A stretch of DNA of 64,000 bases from Leidyana gryllorum EB-2025a (GCA_048772705.1 JBLWGC010000104.1:682001-746000); one strand, 5' to 3'. Shown: positions 1 through 13,022, numbered from the stretch's first letter. Translations and numbers: made by a program. Notes: generated by a model from the letters alone, not told the origin.

Positions 1-2087
1 TCGTCCAAAACCACTCGTCGCCAACGAATTTGGAACAGAGGACTTCGCGGATTTGAGCTCTCCGACAAAACGGTGCCATATGTTGTCAGAACGATATCGG
101 CCGTGTTACAGAGGTACGACAATGATTTGGAACGCTCAGTCGAGTAATAGTGATGCACCTTGAGATCGAGTCTGCAAAAAACAAAGGTGTTCAGATCTCT
201 GCCAAGAGAGCACAAACTCACTTTGCGTTACAATTGAAGTGACGCTCAATTTCAGACGCCCACTGTGCTATGAGACTAAGAGGCATTACGATTACTGTCC
301 CGCCGTTCCACTGATGATTCTGTTGGGAACTTCGCCTCCAGGCTCTACCCATAGTCTTGGCGTCAAAGTCCCGGGATATAACACTGAGCATTTCCACCGT
401 CTTGCCTAAGCCCATCTCATCAGCCAGAATTCCGCCAAAGCAGTCACTCTTCGCTTCTGGCGCGTCGAGTTGTAACTCGCCCGACATGTGATTCACAAAC
501 AAAGCGCGACTGGAGTCTGGGATCGTAAACTCGTCCCACATGGGATGGATTACTTCTTCGTGCCGCGGGGTACCGACGTCAGCCCAGATGTCTTCCTCTC
601 GTTTTTGCATCCAATTGAAGGCAATCAATTGATATCGCCTCAAAGATGTCCGGAATACCCGCGCGTCGGGTGACAACGGACAGTCTGTCGTCCCATCCTC
701 CATGGTGCCCGTGCCGAATACTTCGTTATTCTTTCTCTGCATCTCGTCCGCATCCAATTGTGCGTCGTCCGCCTCAGCCGGTTCTGGCAGATTTGACCCA
801 TTCGCGTTCTCGGAGTCCGGGTCATTGGCCAATTCGATCTCTTCTGGTGCGCCATCGGCCCCGCCGCCAGTCAATGACCATAAAACTGAGGCTTTCGTTG
901 GCTTCCATTTGAGCACCCGGCTGAACAGACCCATAATGGCATTGCGAAGGACAGCCTGTGCTTCTCCAATCAACAACTCGACAAACAGATGCTGTTGCAG
1001 AGCGAATGGACTCAGCCAAACATCTACCTGCAGCTTGAACTGACCACCCAGTTCCAGCCCCAGAGGAGGCGAATCCGTCAACTTGAAACTTATATGTGCC
1101 AACCGCAGGGCCAGCAACACCGATATAGTATTCGACACGTCCGCCTCAACCTTACCCAAGTCTCGACCTTTGTACATCACCCGAACAAACGCATTGCCCG
1201 AGAACGATCCAAAGGAGGAATTGCCAACAAACTCTGACTTTTTAACAGCGCCCCCAACGGCAAACCGCTTCGACGGTGCGATCAGTAGGAGAACACACGA
1301 CATGAGATCTTCGGGACGGTTGGAAACCAGTTGAGTAGCCACATAGCTTTCAAATGTGAGGCCCTTCAAGCCCCCAGTGCCATCTTCCAAGACTACCGCT
1401 CCTTTCTTCTCAACCGCACCTTTCTTAGGCGAGGCCGCTGTCCCCGTACTGAGGCGTCTCAAGCGGTCTGCGCAACGCTTCAACAAGTCCTTAGCCTCCA
1501 CTCCAATGAGAGGTTCAGGCTTCTCGGAGTCCAGCGTCACCCGCAGTAATGTACCCGTGGTGATGGCCGATCGCCCATTGATGCGCAAACTGCGTTTTGA
1601 CAGGAAACGGGGATAACTGATACTCATGTCGCACTCGAGTTGCTCCTACACGCCACAGTGACCACCCACCAAACGTAGACACACACGCGTTACCACTCAC
1701 CCCAGCCTGCCATGTCTGGACTCCTCGTGTGTTCGAGGCACATTCTAACTGTGATCGTCCCAAATAGAGCCACGATGTTAATATGGGGGCAGCCGCCACA
1801 TAAGTCTTGGATATCGGCTCTTCTGTTACTGGTAGCGGATGTGAAGGATTGAGTACTTTCGGCTGTTGTTTTGCTGGCTCAACACACCCCACATTTTCCA
1901 AAGCATCTGGCAGCAGTATACTCCATGGGGTTTCGCGATATATCTGTTCTATTATGTTTCATCCATCAACTATCACCGACCCACTGACCTCTGCCAAAGA
2001 GCGCCCAGTGCTACTCGCCAGCTGTTCCAAATGGGCCAGTATCACTGGGTCCAAAGTTCCTGCCCCCTCGCGATGTCGCTTGCCCAT
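1..2087 (-). CDS. RAD5: RAD5/HLTF-like SNF2-family helicase (5' part; continues off the left edge)
   Basis: ORF 218-1627 has LRRYQLIAF.WM, HPMWDEF and GGILADEMGLGKT (SNF2 motif I) and GGTVIVMPLSLIAQW.SEI (motif Ia). Splicing across ~172-221 gives DIVLTTYG. A HIRAN-like region lies upstream. Short upstream exons splice back to ATG 2087. Confidence 0.85.
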
Positions 2088-2351
2088 TCTTATTACATAA
2101 AAGAGTCAACCTGATTTTGGAAGATTCCAGCTACTTGGAGCCATAGCCATAGTCTGTCTGGTGTTTGACAAATCATCAGCAACAAACACGCAATTGACCA
2201 CTGCTTGAGCACTCTTGAAGTGCAAAGACCGCAATTGAGCTGGGCTCCATTGCGAGGAGCCTTTTGGGTCTCCCCGTGTCCCAACGTGTCCCAAAACCTT
2301 GAAGCTTTTGGGATTAACCTTTTGGGCTTTTGAAGTGAAAAAAATATTACC

Positions 2352-5300
2352 ATGTCAAGCTGGATTTGGGCTGAAGACGATAGCAACTTTGGACCCATTT
2401 TTGTCAACATACTAATCGGCTTAATCCCAGGAGCCTTTATTTTGCTGGTGGCGGCATGTGGTCGTCTCATCTGGAGGTCTCGATGGAGAGATCCACTCCC
2501 TGCCTTGGAAGAAGTTTATGGCGAGATGGGCCCAGTCAGACGGGTTCATGTGACTAATTGGATCACATGGCAAGAAGTGGTCACTGTGGTCTTTGCGCTT
2601 ACGACAGTACTGACCTTTCTGGTAACCATGCTATTGCTGCAGGTCGAGGGCCGCGAGGCTCCGACCGCGGACCGATGGCAATCACTTGGGGCTCTGCTGC
2701 TTTGTTTCGATGCGTGTCTCTTAATTGCATTCCACCGATCTTCGGTAAGCTTCTTCTATCTTCTTGGGGGTCAACTCGTATGTCTTCAGCGAATGTGTCC
2801 AAAACGAGGTGATAGCCGCAAGGTCGCGCTGCGGATTCTTCAGTTATTCTGGCTGTTGGTCATTGGAACGTCGGTCGTACGGCTGGTATGGGGAATCCGA
2901 GAGATCGATGTGCGGCCGTACAGTCGCTTCTGGTCGTCTCTCTGGAATACGATCTGGATTTTCGAGCCCTGTCTCCACATTCTTTGCGGAATAGTCGGTC
3001 TGATCATTTTCGGTCAGAGCAACTTTTCGAGGGACGATGTGTGGGGCACTTTGCGAGACACCTTCTTGGCTCCGGACATTCCTCGTCGGCCTGGCGAGGA
3101 TGACATTGAGGCCGTGAAACGACTGACAACGGCGGAGCCGCGGAAAGAGACTCCCGAGTTCTCCGCTGGTCTCTGGAAGACTTTGTCTTTCCAATGGCTG
3201 AACCCGCTGATCCGTCTCGGGAACAAACGTTTATTCGAGTACGACGACTTCTTTGATTGTATGCCGAACGAGCATCCGGCAATTCTGTTTGCCCGATTTG
3301 ACAAACTGTGGCGCGATCGAGTCAATAGTGGGAAGCCAATCAAACGGTGGAGTTTGGCAAATGTGGTGTACAAGTTCACTCTGCCTGAAACCAATTTCAG
3401 TGCGTTGTACAAGTTCACCTATGACACTCTTCTAATGATCGCTCCCCTGTTTTTGGATTTGGTCGTCACCTACCTCACCGACCGAGCAGAGGGGGAGCCT
3501 TTGGCCACCAGATGGCGTGGTCTCATTTATGTGGCTCTGATGGCCCTCAACGGGGTACTGCAGACTATTTTGCTGCACCAATACTTTCACAATCAATACC
3601 AATTGGGACTCCAAATTCGATCTGCTCTCTCTACAGCTGTGTATGAAAAGAGTTTGCGATTAGACAGAAGTGAGTTTCAAAGTTCCATCGTCTCTCTCGA
3701 CATTCAATTCTCTCTCATCAGCTAAAGCGGGTGCGACCACAGAGAATGACTTCTCCTCTGGAAAGGTTGTGAACCTGATGGCTGTTGATGCACAGAGATT
3801 GTCCGACTTGATGGCTTACATTCACATTTTCTGGAGCGCTCCCTATCAGATCATTGTGACCTGTGCTCTGTTGTGGTTCCAAATCCGCTGGGCGGCCTTC
3901 GCGGGCTTGGGTGTGATGCTCGTCAGTCTCCCGATCACCAAAATGATCATCGGCCGGGTTCGCCGACACTATGCGTCTCTCTTGCAAGAGAAGGATAAGC
4001 GTGTCAAGAAGACTACCGAGACGCTCAATGGTATCCGGGCGGTCAAATACTATGTTTGGGAGGAGGCTCGACTCAACACCATTAACGCCATCCGCGACGT
4101 CGAACTCGGTATCCTGAAACGAGTGCAGTCTATCAACATCATCAACAGAACATTGATGTACGGGATTCCCTCTTTGGTCGCCATTGCTTCGTTCGCTGTC
4201 TATGCTCTCGCCATGGGCGAACCTTTGACTCCCGCGACTGCCTTCACGGCATTGGCCCTTTTCAATAATCTAAGGTTTCCGTTGGTGGTTTTGCCAAACA
4301 TTGTCAATTCCATCACAGAGTCTGCCGTCACGGTGGAACGTATGCAGAGCTTTTTGCTCCTCCCCAGTCTACCACCCCAAGAGTTCACTCCCTACAAACC
4401 CGGCGAGCCCGCTTTGGATATCAAAGACTTGACGGTCCAAATTACTCCTTCCTCTCGGCTAATAGACAAACTCAACATCGCCGTCGACAAGAAAGAGCTC
4501 GTTGTCATCGTGGGACGTACCGGTGTCGGAAAGACGGCGTTCATTTCGACCCTCCTCGGCGACCTCGCGCCCGGCGACGGAGACATAAAGATCCGAGGCA
4601 CAATGTCTTACTGCTCTCAGACTGCGTGGATTCAGACCGGAACCGTTCAGGACAATATCATCTTTGGATCTCTCTTCGAAGAGGCAAAGTATAACCGCGT
4701 GGTGAAGGCCTGCGCTCTGGAATCAGATTTCCAGATCTTCCCGGACGGCGATCAGACTGAGATCGGAGAGCGCGGAATCAATCTGTCGGGCGGTCAGAAA
4801 CAGCGAATCGCGTTGGCGAGAGCAGTGTACCGCGACTCTGACATTTACATCTTCGACGACGTTCTCAGCGCCGTCGATACCCACGTCGCAGAGCACATTG
4901 TGCAGAACGTCTTTCTGGGACTCCTCAAAGACAAAGCCATTCTCCTCATTACTCACCGCTTCGAAGTGCTCGACCACGCCACCACCATTGTCTTCCTCCA
5001 CGACCGCATCGCTGAGCAGTTCAAGTCAGTCGCCGAGGCCTCTGCGAGCCCTCTCTTCAATGACTTGGCTGCCGAGAGTCTCCGGAAAATTGAGGAGGCG
5101 GTTGAAGCGGAGGCAGAAGAGCACGAACAACTGAGCCCCCGGCAAGAGAGGTCGGCCAGCAAAGACGCGAGCCCCACTTCCCGTACCCCAATGTCCCGCG
5201 GAAGTCATATGGATGGCAGTCCCGTTATGGGCAATCCTGTCGCGAACGCCCCTCGTACCGAACCCGGTATCCCGCCGGATCTGGTGGGATCCAGTTCGTT

Positions 5301-7411
5301 TCTCGACACTCGCAACATTGCGGGGGCGGCAGAAATTGATGAGGTCAGCGACGATGAGGGAATGGAGTCTCGGGGTCGCTCGGCCAGTAGAGCTCTGTCT
5401 GTGGCACGATCGCTTTCAGCTATCAGCAAGCGCACTCTGTCTCGTCGGAGATCCAAGGGATCGAGTGTGCAGGCCTCGCCGGTCGCTGTTGCCGAGACGG
5501 TCGTCGAAGAGGCACCAAAACGGAATCGGGTGGTTCTGATTGAAGACGAGAAGATGGCCATTGGCAAAGTGGGTCGGACGATCTATGCCAATTACTTTAG
5601 AGCGTGGGGTGGCGGGACTTGGTGGATGACCATTTGGGTTCTGCTCACTCTCGTGGTGTCTCAGACCGTCCAAGTCGGGAGCAACTTTTGGCTGTCTTTC
5701 TGGTCGGGTCGAAGTGATCCAGATGCTGAAGGGACTTACATCAGCAGTGGTTGGGGTGTTGGAGGATACACAATCTTCAACGCCATCAGTGTCTGCTTTG
5801 TGGCCCTGACAGGATGGCTACTGTTGATAGGAACCCTCCGAGCCTCGCGTCAGTTCCACTCGCGACTTCTCAACAGGACGATGAGAGCCAAACTCTTCTT
5901 TTTTGACTCCACTCCGGTCGGACGAATGCTCAGTCGCTTCGCCAAGGATATCAACAGTATCGATGATGCCCTACCGCAGACGTTGTACCAATACATGAAC
6001 AACTTGGTACAGATCATCGCTGTCATTGTGGTCATCGCTGTGGTGCTCCCCTGGATGATCATTGCCATTGTGCCTATGATCGGTCTATATCTCTTCATTC
6101 AGCGGTTCTACGTCAATGTCGTTCGACAATTCCGCCGCATAGAGAGTACTCTCCGAGCTCCCGTGATCAGCAACTTTAGCGAGAGCTTCGAGGGGGCAAC
6201 CGTTATCCGAGCCTTCCGAGAGATTGGCAGCTTCCGACTCCAACACATGGACAAACTCAACGCCAATCTGGTCTCTATCTACATCAGTAACGCAGCCAAC
6301 CGATGGCTGGCCGTTAGGCTCGAGAGTTTGGGTACTCTGCTCGTCGTCTGCACAGCTTTGGTTGCCGTTCTGACAGCTGGAACCCTTTCAGCCGCTTTGG
6401 GAGGTTTGGCACTAAGCTACGCTATCAGTTGTACCAACGGTCTCAACTGGCTGGTACGAATGTCAGGTGACCGTGAAGCCAATATTGTCGCTGTTGAGAG
6501 GCTGATGGAGTACGACCGAGATGACCACTGCCCACAGGAACAGTACGAAAGTCTTCTGCCTCCAGACACTGTGGAAACGGATCCGGGCCGCTTGGAGTTC
6601 CGCGGCATCTGTCTGCAGTACCGTCCTGGATTGCCCTACGCACTCAAGGATGTGTCTTTCGTCGTCAAGCCGGGCGAAAAGGTGAGCACACAATCACAAT
6701 CACATTCATTCATCCCATATCTTTTCTTTAGGTCGGCGTCGTCGGTCGCACAGGTGCCGGAAAGTCGAGTCTGTTGGTTGCTTTGTTACGGCTAACGACT
6801 CCGCAGGACGGCAACATCTTCCTCAACGGCGTGGAGACCACTCCAATGTCGGTATCTGAGCTACGTTCAAAGATTTCTATCATTCCTCAAGAATCGACTC
6901 TCTTCTCGGGAACTTTGCGGGATAATCTCGACCCGTTCAGTGAGAAGACTGACGCGCAGCTCTGGGAGACCTTACGACGAGCTTGCTTGCAAGAGTGGGC
7001 TAGCGGACTTGAGGAGGGTCTTCAGTACCCGATTGCCGAGAATGGCAGCAACTTGAGTAACGGTCAGAAACAGCTGCTGTGCTTGGCTCGAGTCCTCCTC
7101 AAGGATAACCGTTTCTTGCTACTGGATGAAGCGACGAGTGCAGTGGATCCTCAGACCGACGCACTCATTCAAACCACCATCCGAACAGAGTTTAGTCAAT
7201 GTACTATCTTGACTATAGCTCACCGGATCCGAACTGTTATCGATTACGATAAGGTAAGCGGACCGTTTCCACGCGCGGGCGTCTCATTCATTTGCGTTCC
7301 TTACAGATCATCGTTATGGCGGATGGCCGAGTGGCGGAGTTTGCCAGTCCTGCTGAACTCTTGGCTAACCCCGAATCGATCTTTGCCAGCATGGTGAAGG
7401 CTGCTGAGTGA
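2352..7411 (+). CDS. ABCC/MRP-type ABC transporter (N-terminal TM region, TMD1-NBD1-TMD2-NBD2)
   Basis: NBD1 has [16 protein letters not shown] and [11 protein letters not shown]2 has [12 protein letters not shown]2 has GRTGAGKS (after splicing), [15 protein letters not shown] and IAHR. Introns at ~2745-2789, 3670-3721, 6682-6731 and 7254-7307; stop TGA 7409-7411. Confidence 0.95.
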
Positions 7412-7874
7412 ATAAGCTGCTGAGCAGATCTTTATCAAGTCGAAGCCTTCATTCTACGAAGCACACCACTCCCTCCGAAGGGGGAGACCAGAGGACTGTG
7501 CCCCCAAGTCTACTCAAATGTATGTGACGCAGGGGAAAACCAAGCTGTCCGTATTGCTTTGCATTGTGTCTTCCAGTTGTAGAATGAACGAACTCTCGCT
7601 CACTTGGGTTGGACAAGAGCTCTGGCGACGCTTCAATGGAGCTCGCCGGCCACAGACCTATGACCGAATAGCAGCTGCGTCCCCCAGATCCCCTCGAAAC
7701 GAATCTCAGCACCCGTTCCTAGGAGCAGCAGTAGCTTCATCAAGCGCAGTCCCAGCGACGACGCGTCGTCGCGATCCCAAGAAATCTGTATGAATAAACT
7801 TTCGCCTCCGTCTATGCGCTTTGGGATATATACACAAATAGTTTGGGATCTCGCTTTTTCATTGCTTATGATGT

Positions 7875-9653
7875 TTATTCACGCTTCGCTGCTTTGACTA
7901 ACGGGTACTGTCGCCTGATTGCTTTTATCGAGCTACACAAAGATTGAAAGAGACTTAGCCACTCCAGCTCCAATTCAGCTTGGATCTCCGCCAACGTCCT
8001 TTGACTGTTGTACCATTCAACACTCTCTAATCGAAACCTCCGCTTCTCAGTAATTCTAATGTCCGTGAGTTGCGCACAACTCTTCTGCCACTGTATTAAC
8101 GATTCGCTACAAGTCGCATCGGGCCTTTTTCGACCCCCTTCCGCCTTCGCCCGTTGAAATGAGGCGTCACCAGTAGCTGACTTCATCTCCGCCTTGTCCA
8201 AAACTTCGCTGGGCAGATGACGGGCAATGCTCAACAAGAGCCACAACCGCCGTCTCTGCACCGGGGTCTCCTTTTGCAGACGTTTCAATACTTCACTGTA
8301 CTTTGGCCACATTATGGGATTCACGGGACTCAATGCCCAGGGGACTCGTTCTGCACCAATCGCCGTGACCTCAGCATCTGGGTACAAACACTCTCGCCTC
8401 AGCAGCCCCCGACTGATTGCCAAGTCAATGGACACTGTGTCTCGGACCCTTTGAAATGCGGGGGCGGGATCCTCCACAGAGATCTCTCGGATCGAAGAGT
8501 CACTCCCCAACAGATCCATCACCGCTGCCAACACTTGTCGACCCAATCCAGTCCGTTGACGGTGAGGGAAGATGAAGAACTGAGATATTCGTGCTCGATC
8601 CTTCGGGAGAGCGAAGAACTGAAAGTGTAGCGATGAAAAGTCGCCCATAGCCCCGCAGCGTTCGATTCAGCTTACCTGAAAGACGGTCACGAGTCCCAGA
8701 ATCTCGAAGGGCTGCTTTCCGGTCTGCAAAACAACCTCGAGAGCTTGAGAGGAGACCAAGTTGTTCTCGTCCTGGTGTTCAGCCAAGGCAGTCTGGAACG
8801 CTTCAATGGTCTCGGCATTCACTGCCGGCCATTGATCCAGTAACCGTTGGGCAGCAGCAGTTAGCTGAGACCCTCCAGGGGAGTCCCCATTACTTCGTCC
8901 CTGCTCTTTGGCCCGCAGCTGTTCGCTCTCGGTACTGATGATGGCCAACGGGTCGGGTTCGACAAAAAAGCGGATGGGGACGAACAGACGCCAACGCGGT
9001 TCGAGCTGTATACTACTCATCGCATCAATATAGAAATGCAGGAACCATTCGATTCGTCGATGAACGTATCCGAAGCTCCGCGAATCTTTGGGAGTCTTCT
9101 CCGATGTGATGTATTCAGCGGGCGTCCCAGCAGCCTCCACGAGCCAAAACAAATCAGGTCCAGGGACTGATTGTGCAGGTCCTGCCGCAGACTTGAAGTC
9201 GTGCTCGACACGTGCGACCACCTTGCCAGCAATCTTGATGCCTTCGGGCTCGGAGGCATCAACTTGATTAGTCGCCGCTTTCAGTCGTTTCTGCGGCGGT
9301 TCTTCCGCCTCTCCTGAGGACAACTTGTAGGCTCTGATGAGATTGCGAAATTGACCCTCATTCTTAACAAAGCCCCCGGGGAAGGTTTCCATCTTTTCCA
9401 AGGCTTCAAGTACATTCTTCCGGGTTTCTGACGCATCCCAATCGCCTATGGTGCCGTTGATAGTGATGAATGTGTCGAAAGAGATTGGGACAAAGTTGAT
9501 ATGGCACTCAAAGTCATCAGAACACGCGAGTTTGGCGGGGTCAGGAAAGAAGTGATGGATATATTGGGCAGGCGAACCCAAACTGCCTTTCGTGACCACA
9601 TCCTTCTCCGTCAGACAGGCGTGGAACCGGAAGCGGGATGCTGGTGTTGTCAT
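7875..9653 (-). CDS. HAT1: Histone acetyltransferase type B catalytic subunit (HAT1-like), with insertions
   Basis: HRRIEWFLHFYIDA, RARISQFFIFPHRQRTGLG (acetyl-CoA motif A) and ISVEDPAPAFQRVRD. Two ORFs are joined by one short intron at ~8620-8676. Confidence 0.85.
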
Positions 9654-9672
9654 TCGGAAATATTTACTTCAT

Positions 9673-10986
9673 ATGAGTAGCCGAGTGATTCCTCTACTAC
9701 CTCCAGCGTCTCCGAGTCGACGTCTGACCGCGTTGCCGCACCGTAATACGGTGTGGCCGCAAGCGGGGACCGGAGCAACGCCTGAAGTACAGTTCCCATT
9801 TGTAACACATGCAGCATCTAAAGGGCAAACTAGGATAGTATACTTATCGTCACCAGCAGCAGCCCCTCCTGTGGCACGAAATGGAGGCCAATGGACACCG
9901 CGTGGGGATCTCCCACCACTACAATCAGCTCGAGTTCAAGACCTCTACACCAATCGGCAATCCCCGCGCCCATCTACTGCTTATCGTGTGAATTCAGTGC
10001 CCGTAGAACTGCCGCGGGCAACAATATCACCTCCTCCGCAGTCTCCCCCGCCTCTGGTCAGTTCACCTTTTTCGTTGGGCCCAACGGTGGCTACATCGGG
10101 AGAATCTCCAGTCCTGCAACCCCAAGCCGCTCCTATAACCCCGCCGAGGCAGACATTCACTGGGTGGAGCCGTATTCACTCCACCTCGCAACACAAGGTC
10201 CCTGTGCCTCCCCCCCTCAAGGCTCCCACCAGTGCAGGGGGTGCTAACTCCACGGTACAGGTTGGGAGGGCCGCTTCCCACACGCCTGTGCGGTACCCCA
10301 GCAGCGCGGCTACATCTCGGCATCGGTATGATTTCAGTTTCGCAGCGCCCGGGGCGGGCCGACAAGTGACGGCGAGTCACAGCAACACCTCTTCGCCTCC
10401 CCCGACTGCAAGCATGGCCCCCCTCAAGCCTACACCCCCGCCGCCGGTAGTGGATAACAACCCCAAAGTACTGGAGCAGGCACCCTCGTTAGTGCCCACT
10501 GTATCATCACGGCCGACAAAAATCCGAGGCCGAGGTCTATTGAGGTCAGCGAAGAAGAGGGGCGTTAAGCGGCTCGAAGCTAAATTAGACATTTTGGATA
10601 AGAGAACAAGATCAATCGTGGCAGCTCTAGATCGTATTGAGGTGAGACTCCACGTTCAAGGTGCTGCCGCGGACCAGTTTTACGTCTGTCAGGGTGCGCT
10701 TCAATCGCCAACGACGAGCGGAAAGCAGCTTGCATCAGGAGATGCAGGTCGTCAGCCACCGTCAGACCCGTTGGAGTTTTCGTTGGTTGGCGCTGAGGAC
10801 ATAATCGCGACATCAGAAGGTTGTGATAATAGTCGCGATCTGTTGGATGAACTATCATTGAGCCATTTGGCTTTGGAATCTACGACTCCGAGGTTACCAC
10901 GGAAAGCGGAGATCATGACAGTACTTCATTGGTTGGAGCAGATGCAAGATATGGTGCGGAAGTTGGACACCTCCATCATAGAGTAG
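9673..10986 (+). CDS. Pro/Ser-rich hypothetical protein with short coiled coil
   Basis: Open 438-codon frame from ATG 9673, low complexity, with coiled-coil-like RLEAKLDILDKRTRSIVAALDRIE. Confidence 0.6.
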   Translation: MSSRVIPLLPPASPSRRLTALPHRNTVWPQAGTGATPEVQFPFVTHAASKGQTRIVYLSSPAAAPPVARNGGQWTPRGDLPPLQSARVQDLYTNRQSPRPSTAYRVNSVPVELPRATISPPPQSPPPLVSSPFSLGPTVATSGESPVLQPQAAPITPPRQTFTGWSRIHSTSQHKVPVPPPLKAPTSAGGANSTVQVGRAASHTPVRYPSSAATSRHRYDFSFAAPGAGRQVTASHSNTSSPPPTASMAPLKPTPPPPVVDNNPKVLEQAPSLVPTVSSRPTKIRGRGLLRSAKKRGVKRLEAKLDILDKRTRSIVAALDRIEVRLHVQGAAADQFYVCQGALQSPTTSGKQLASGDAGRQPPSDPLEFSLVGAEDIIATSEGCDNSRDLLDELSLSHLALESTTPRLPRKAEIMTVLHWLEQMQDMVRKLDTSIIE

Positions 10987-11040
10987 TGCTCGACGTATTT
11001 TTGCGAGCAGAAGAGGCAAAAAAAACCTCAAATCGAGTCT

Positions 11041-13022
11041 GTGACAAGCTGCCATATAGATGACCCTAAGGGTTCCACGTTCGAGTCGTGTCCCTCGGGG
11101 GGTGGACGCAGCACTGTATGTCTTGTTGGGGTTCAAGTATGACTTCCACGGGCCCGTGGATATGCGAGAGCTGTCGTTGCACCAGACTCCTTCCCCCGCC
11201 AAGTACCCTCCTGCGCCCCATGGAGCTAACTACCCCAATGTACCCCAACCATGGGTTCAGCAGCTCATTGCGGACAAGACGCACAAGCCCAAGTGGCAAT
11301 TGGTGAGCAAGAAGTTGGTCAAAAAGCTCGACAAGGCTTTCGGAGACATCGATGTTGCCAAACACGAAAGACAGGATGTGCATCGATTAAGAGCTGTTAC
11401 CAGGCGATCGACATTGATTTTGGGTTCATTAGTCAAGTTACTGAATGAAGTTTACCGAAAGAGTGCTTCTTGGCTACTCGCGGAATCAGAGGCGACTCTC
11501 GTCCACAAGGCGATGATGACTTCAATTGCAAAATATATCGACCCGAGTACAAGTGATGGGATAATGCGCTACTGTTACTCCCCATCGGCCGCTCAGGTCC
11601 CACTGGATCTACGGACGACGCTCGGAGAGTTTGTTCAAAAGTTGCGAGAGGGCTCCACCACTGCGGGGACTCATATACCCAACCAAACATTCGTTGATAG
11701 CTTTAATCTCTTTCGAAGTGCTAAAGAAACTATGGGTTCTCTTGGGGTCAGTCCTTGGTACAACCCGCCTACCTTCGGAAAGCCGTCCACCAATCCCTAC
11801 GGGTCCCGAGTTGAATCGACTGCGGACGCTGTGCAAATAGTTAGGGATATGCGAAAAGTTGCCCGAGAGAAGGTGTCATCAGCCAAAGACTCCAAGGCCC
11901 GCTCCAAGTACATTATTTCCAAAGCTTTTTCCAGCTCAGCGATCAAAAAGCTCGTCAAGGCAACGGCGACCGCGGAGGAAGTTAAGGTGACAGCTGCCTC
12001 CGATATGTTGTCCTCAATCACCGCTCTTCGCGGAGTCTGGAACGCCATCGCCGAGATCAAACCGGAAGATGCGGCATGGAAGGGTGTACCAGCCAACGTC
12101 GTGAGATTTTACAAATCACTGATTCTCACTAACCTCGGGATCCGTTTGTACGAGATTAACCCCTCGACAGCTCTATCGGAGTTCACGACGCTCGCAGGAG
12201 GGCACGCAAACCAACTCAACCCATACTACCGACCACTTGGCAAGCATACTCAAAAGTCATACGACTTCTTGAGGTGCTTCTTAACTGCCAAACATTTCAA
12301 GTCGGTGGCACGCACATTCTACCGCGTTCAGTTGAAAACTGCTGCCTCCAATTTGCAGCCGCTGACACCCAGCCAGATAGGATGGCGATGGAGCTTAGAT
12401 CCCTCAGAGCGTCACTTTTTACTCGAGAAACCCGATGGAGGATTGGCCTGGATGCAGCCGTCGCAGAAGGACCACGGTGTGACATATGATGACGTTGACT
12501 ATCCGGTCTCCTTCGCTTCCTGGAAGGGTAAGGATTTACAGGATGCAGCCAATGAAAGCGAATGGGGCGATGATGCCACCCTTAATTCAAGAACCAGTGA
12601 AGAAGACTCCAGTCATTACTCGTCAGATCCTAATGGATGGGGGCGATGAGGAAACACAGGAGCCGCACTGTTGACTAAGTGGATTATTACAGTGATGTTG
12701 CACTGCACCTAACACGGTTAGAAAGAGAGATACGGTAGTGCCGATAGTAACCAGCAAACAACAGCACAAACAGAACGAGTCTTCGTATAAGGCAATTTAA
12801 ATTGTATATCCAATACACACTTAGACAACTAATGACACCACACTATTATATGATATCATATTCAATAGCCAATAGATATACGAGAATCTGAAATATCAGT
12901 ATCACACAGTCAATCGTAGGAGAGAGATTGTTTGTCAGGCTGTAAGCCCCAAGAAATTGCGATACGCAGAGCGCGTAACGACGGGAAGTGGTTCGTCAGT
13001 TTTCAATTTGGCAACTAGTCAC
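11041..13022. mobile_element. Candidate inserted cassette (endogenous viral segment or TIR element)
   Basis: 11041-11060 GTGACAAGCTGCCATATAGA versus the reverse complement of 13003-13022, GTGACTAGTTGCCAAATTGA (16/20 identical). The ORF starts at nt 20 and is followed by a ~370-nt AT-rich tail. No target-site duplication seen. Confidence 0.35.
11060..12649 (+). CDS. Orphan intronless 529-aa basic, helical protein with acidic C-tail (possible virus-derived nucleocapsid-like protein)
   Basis: Long uninterrupted ORF with no recognised host-family motif, lying inside an inverted-repeat-bounded ~2 kb segment. The viral origin is inference only. Confidence 0.6.
   Translation: MTLRVPRSSRVPRGVDAALYVLLGFKYDFHGPVDMRELSLHQTPSPAKYPPAPHGANYPNVPQPWVQQLIADKTHKPKWQLVSKKLVKKLDKAFGDIDVAKHERQDVHRLRAVTRRSTLILGSLVKLLNEVYRKSASWLLAESEATLVHKAMMTSIAKYIDPSTSDGIMRYCYSPSAAQVPLDLRTTLGEFVQKLREGSTTAGTHIPNQTFVDSFNLFRSAKETMGSLGVSPWYNPPTFGKPSTNPYGSRVESTADAVQIVRDMRKVAREKVSSAKDSKARSKYIISKAFSSSAIKKLVKATATAEEVKVTAASDMLSSITALRGVWNAIAEIKPEDAAWKGVPANVVRFYKSLILTNLGIRLYEINPSTALSEFTTLAGGHANQLNPYYRPLGKHTQKSYDFLRCFLTAKHFKSVARTFYRVQLKTAASNLQPLTPSQIGWRWSLDPSERHFLLEKPDGGLAWMQPSQKDHGVTYDDVDYPVSFASWKGKDLQDAANESEWGDDATLNSRTSEEDSSHYSSDPNGWGR

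Noticed and set aside
3670-3725. Apparent frameshifts between consecutive ORFs (ABC transporter, HAT1, CDPK, RTEL1, proB, BUD23)
   Set aside because: Explained by short GT..AG introns rather than pseudogenisation or programmed frameshifting.
7449-7793. Short ORFs between ABC transporter and HAT1
   Set aside because: No motif or convincing splice model; probably 3'UTR sequence.
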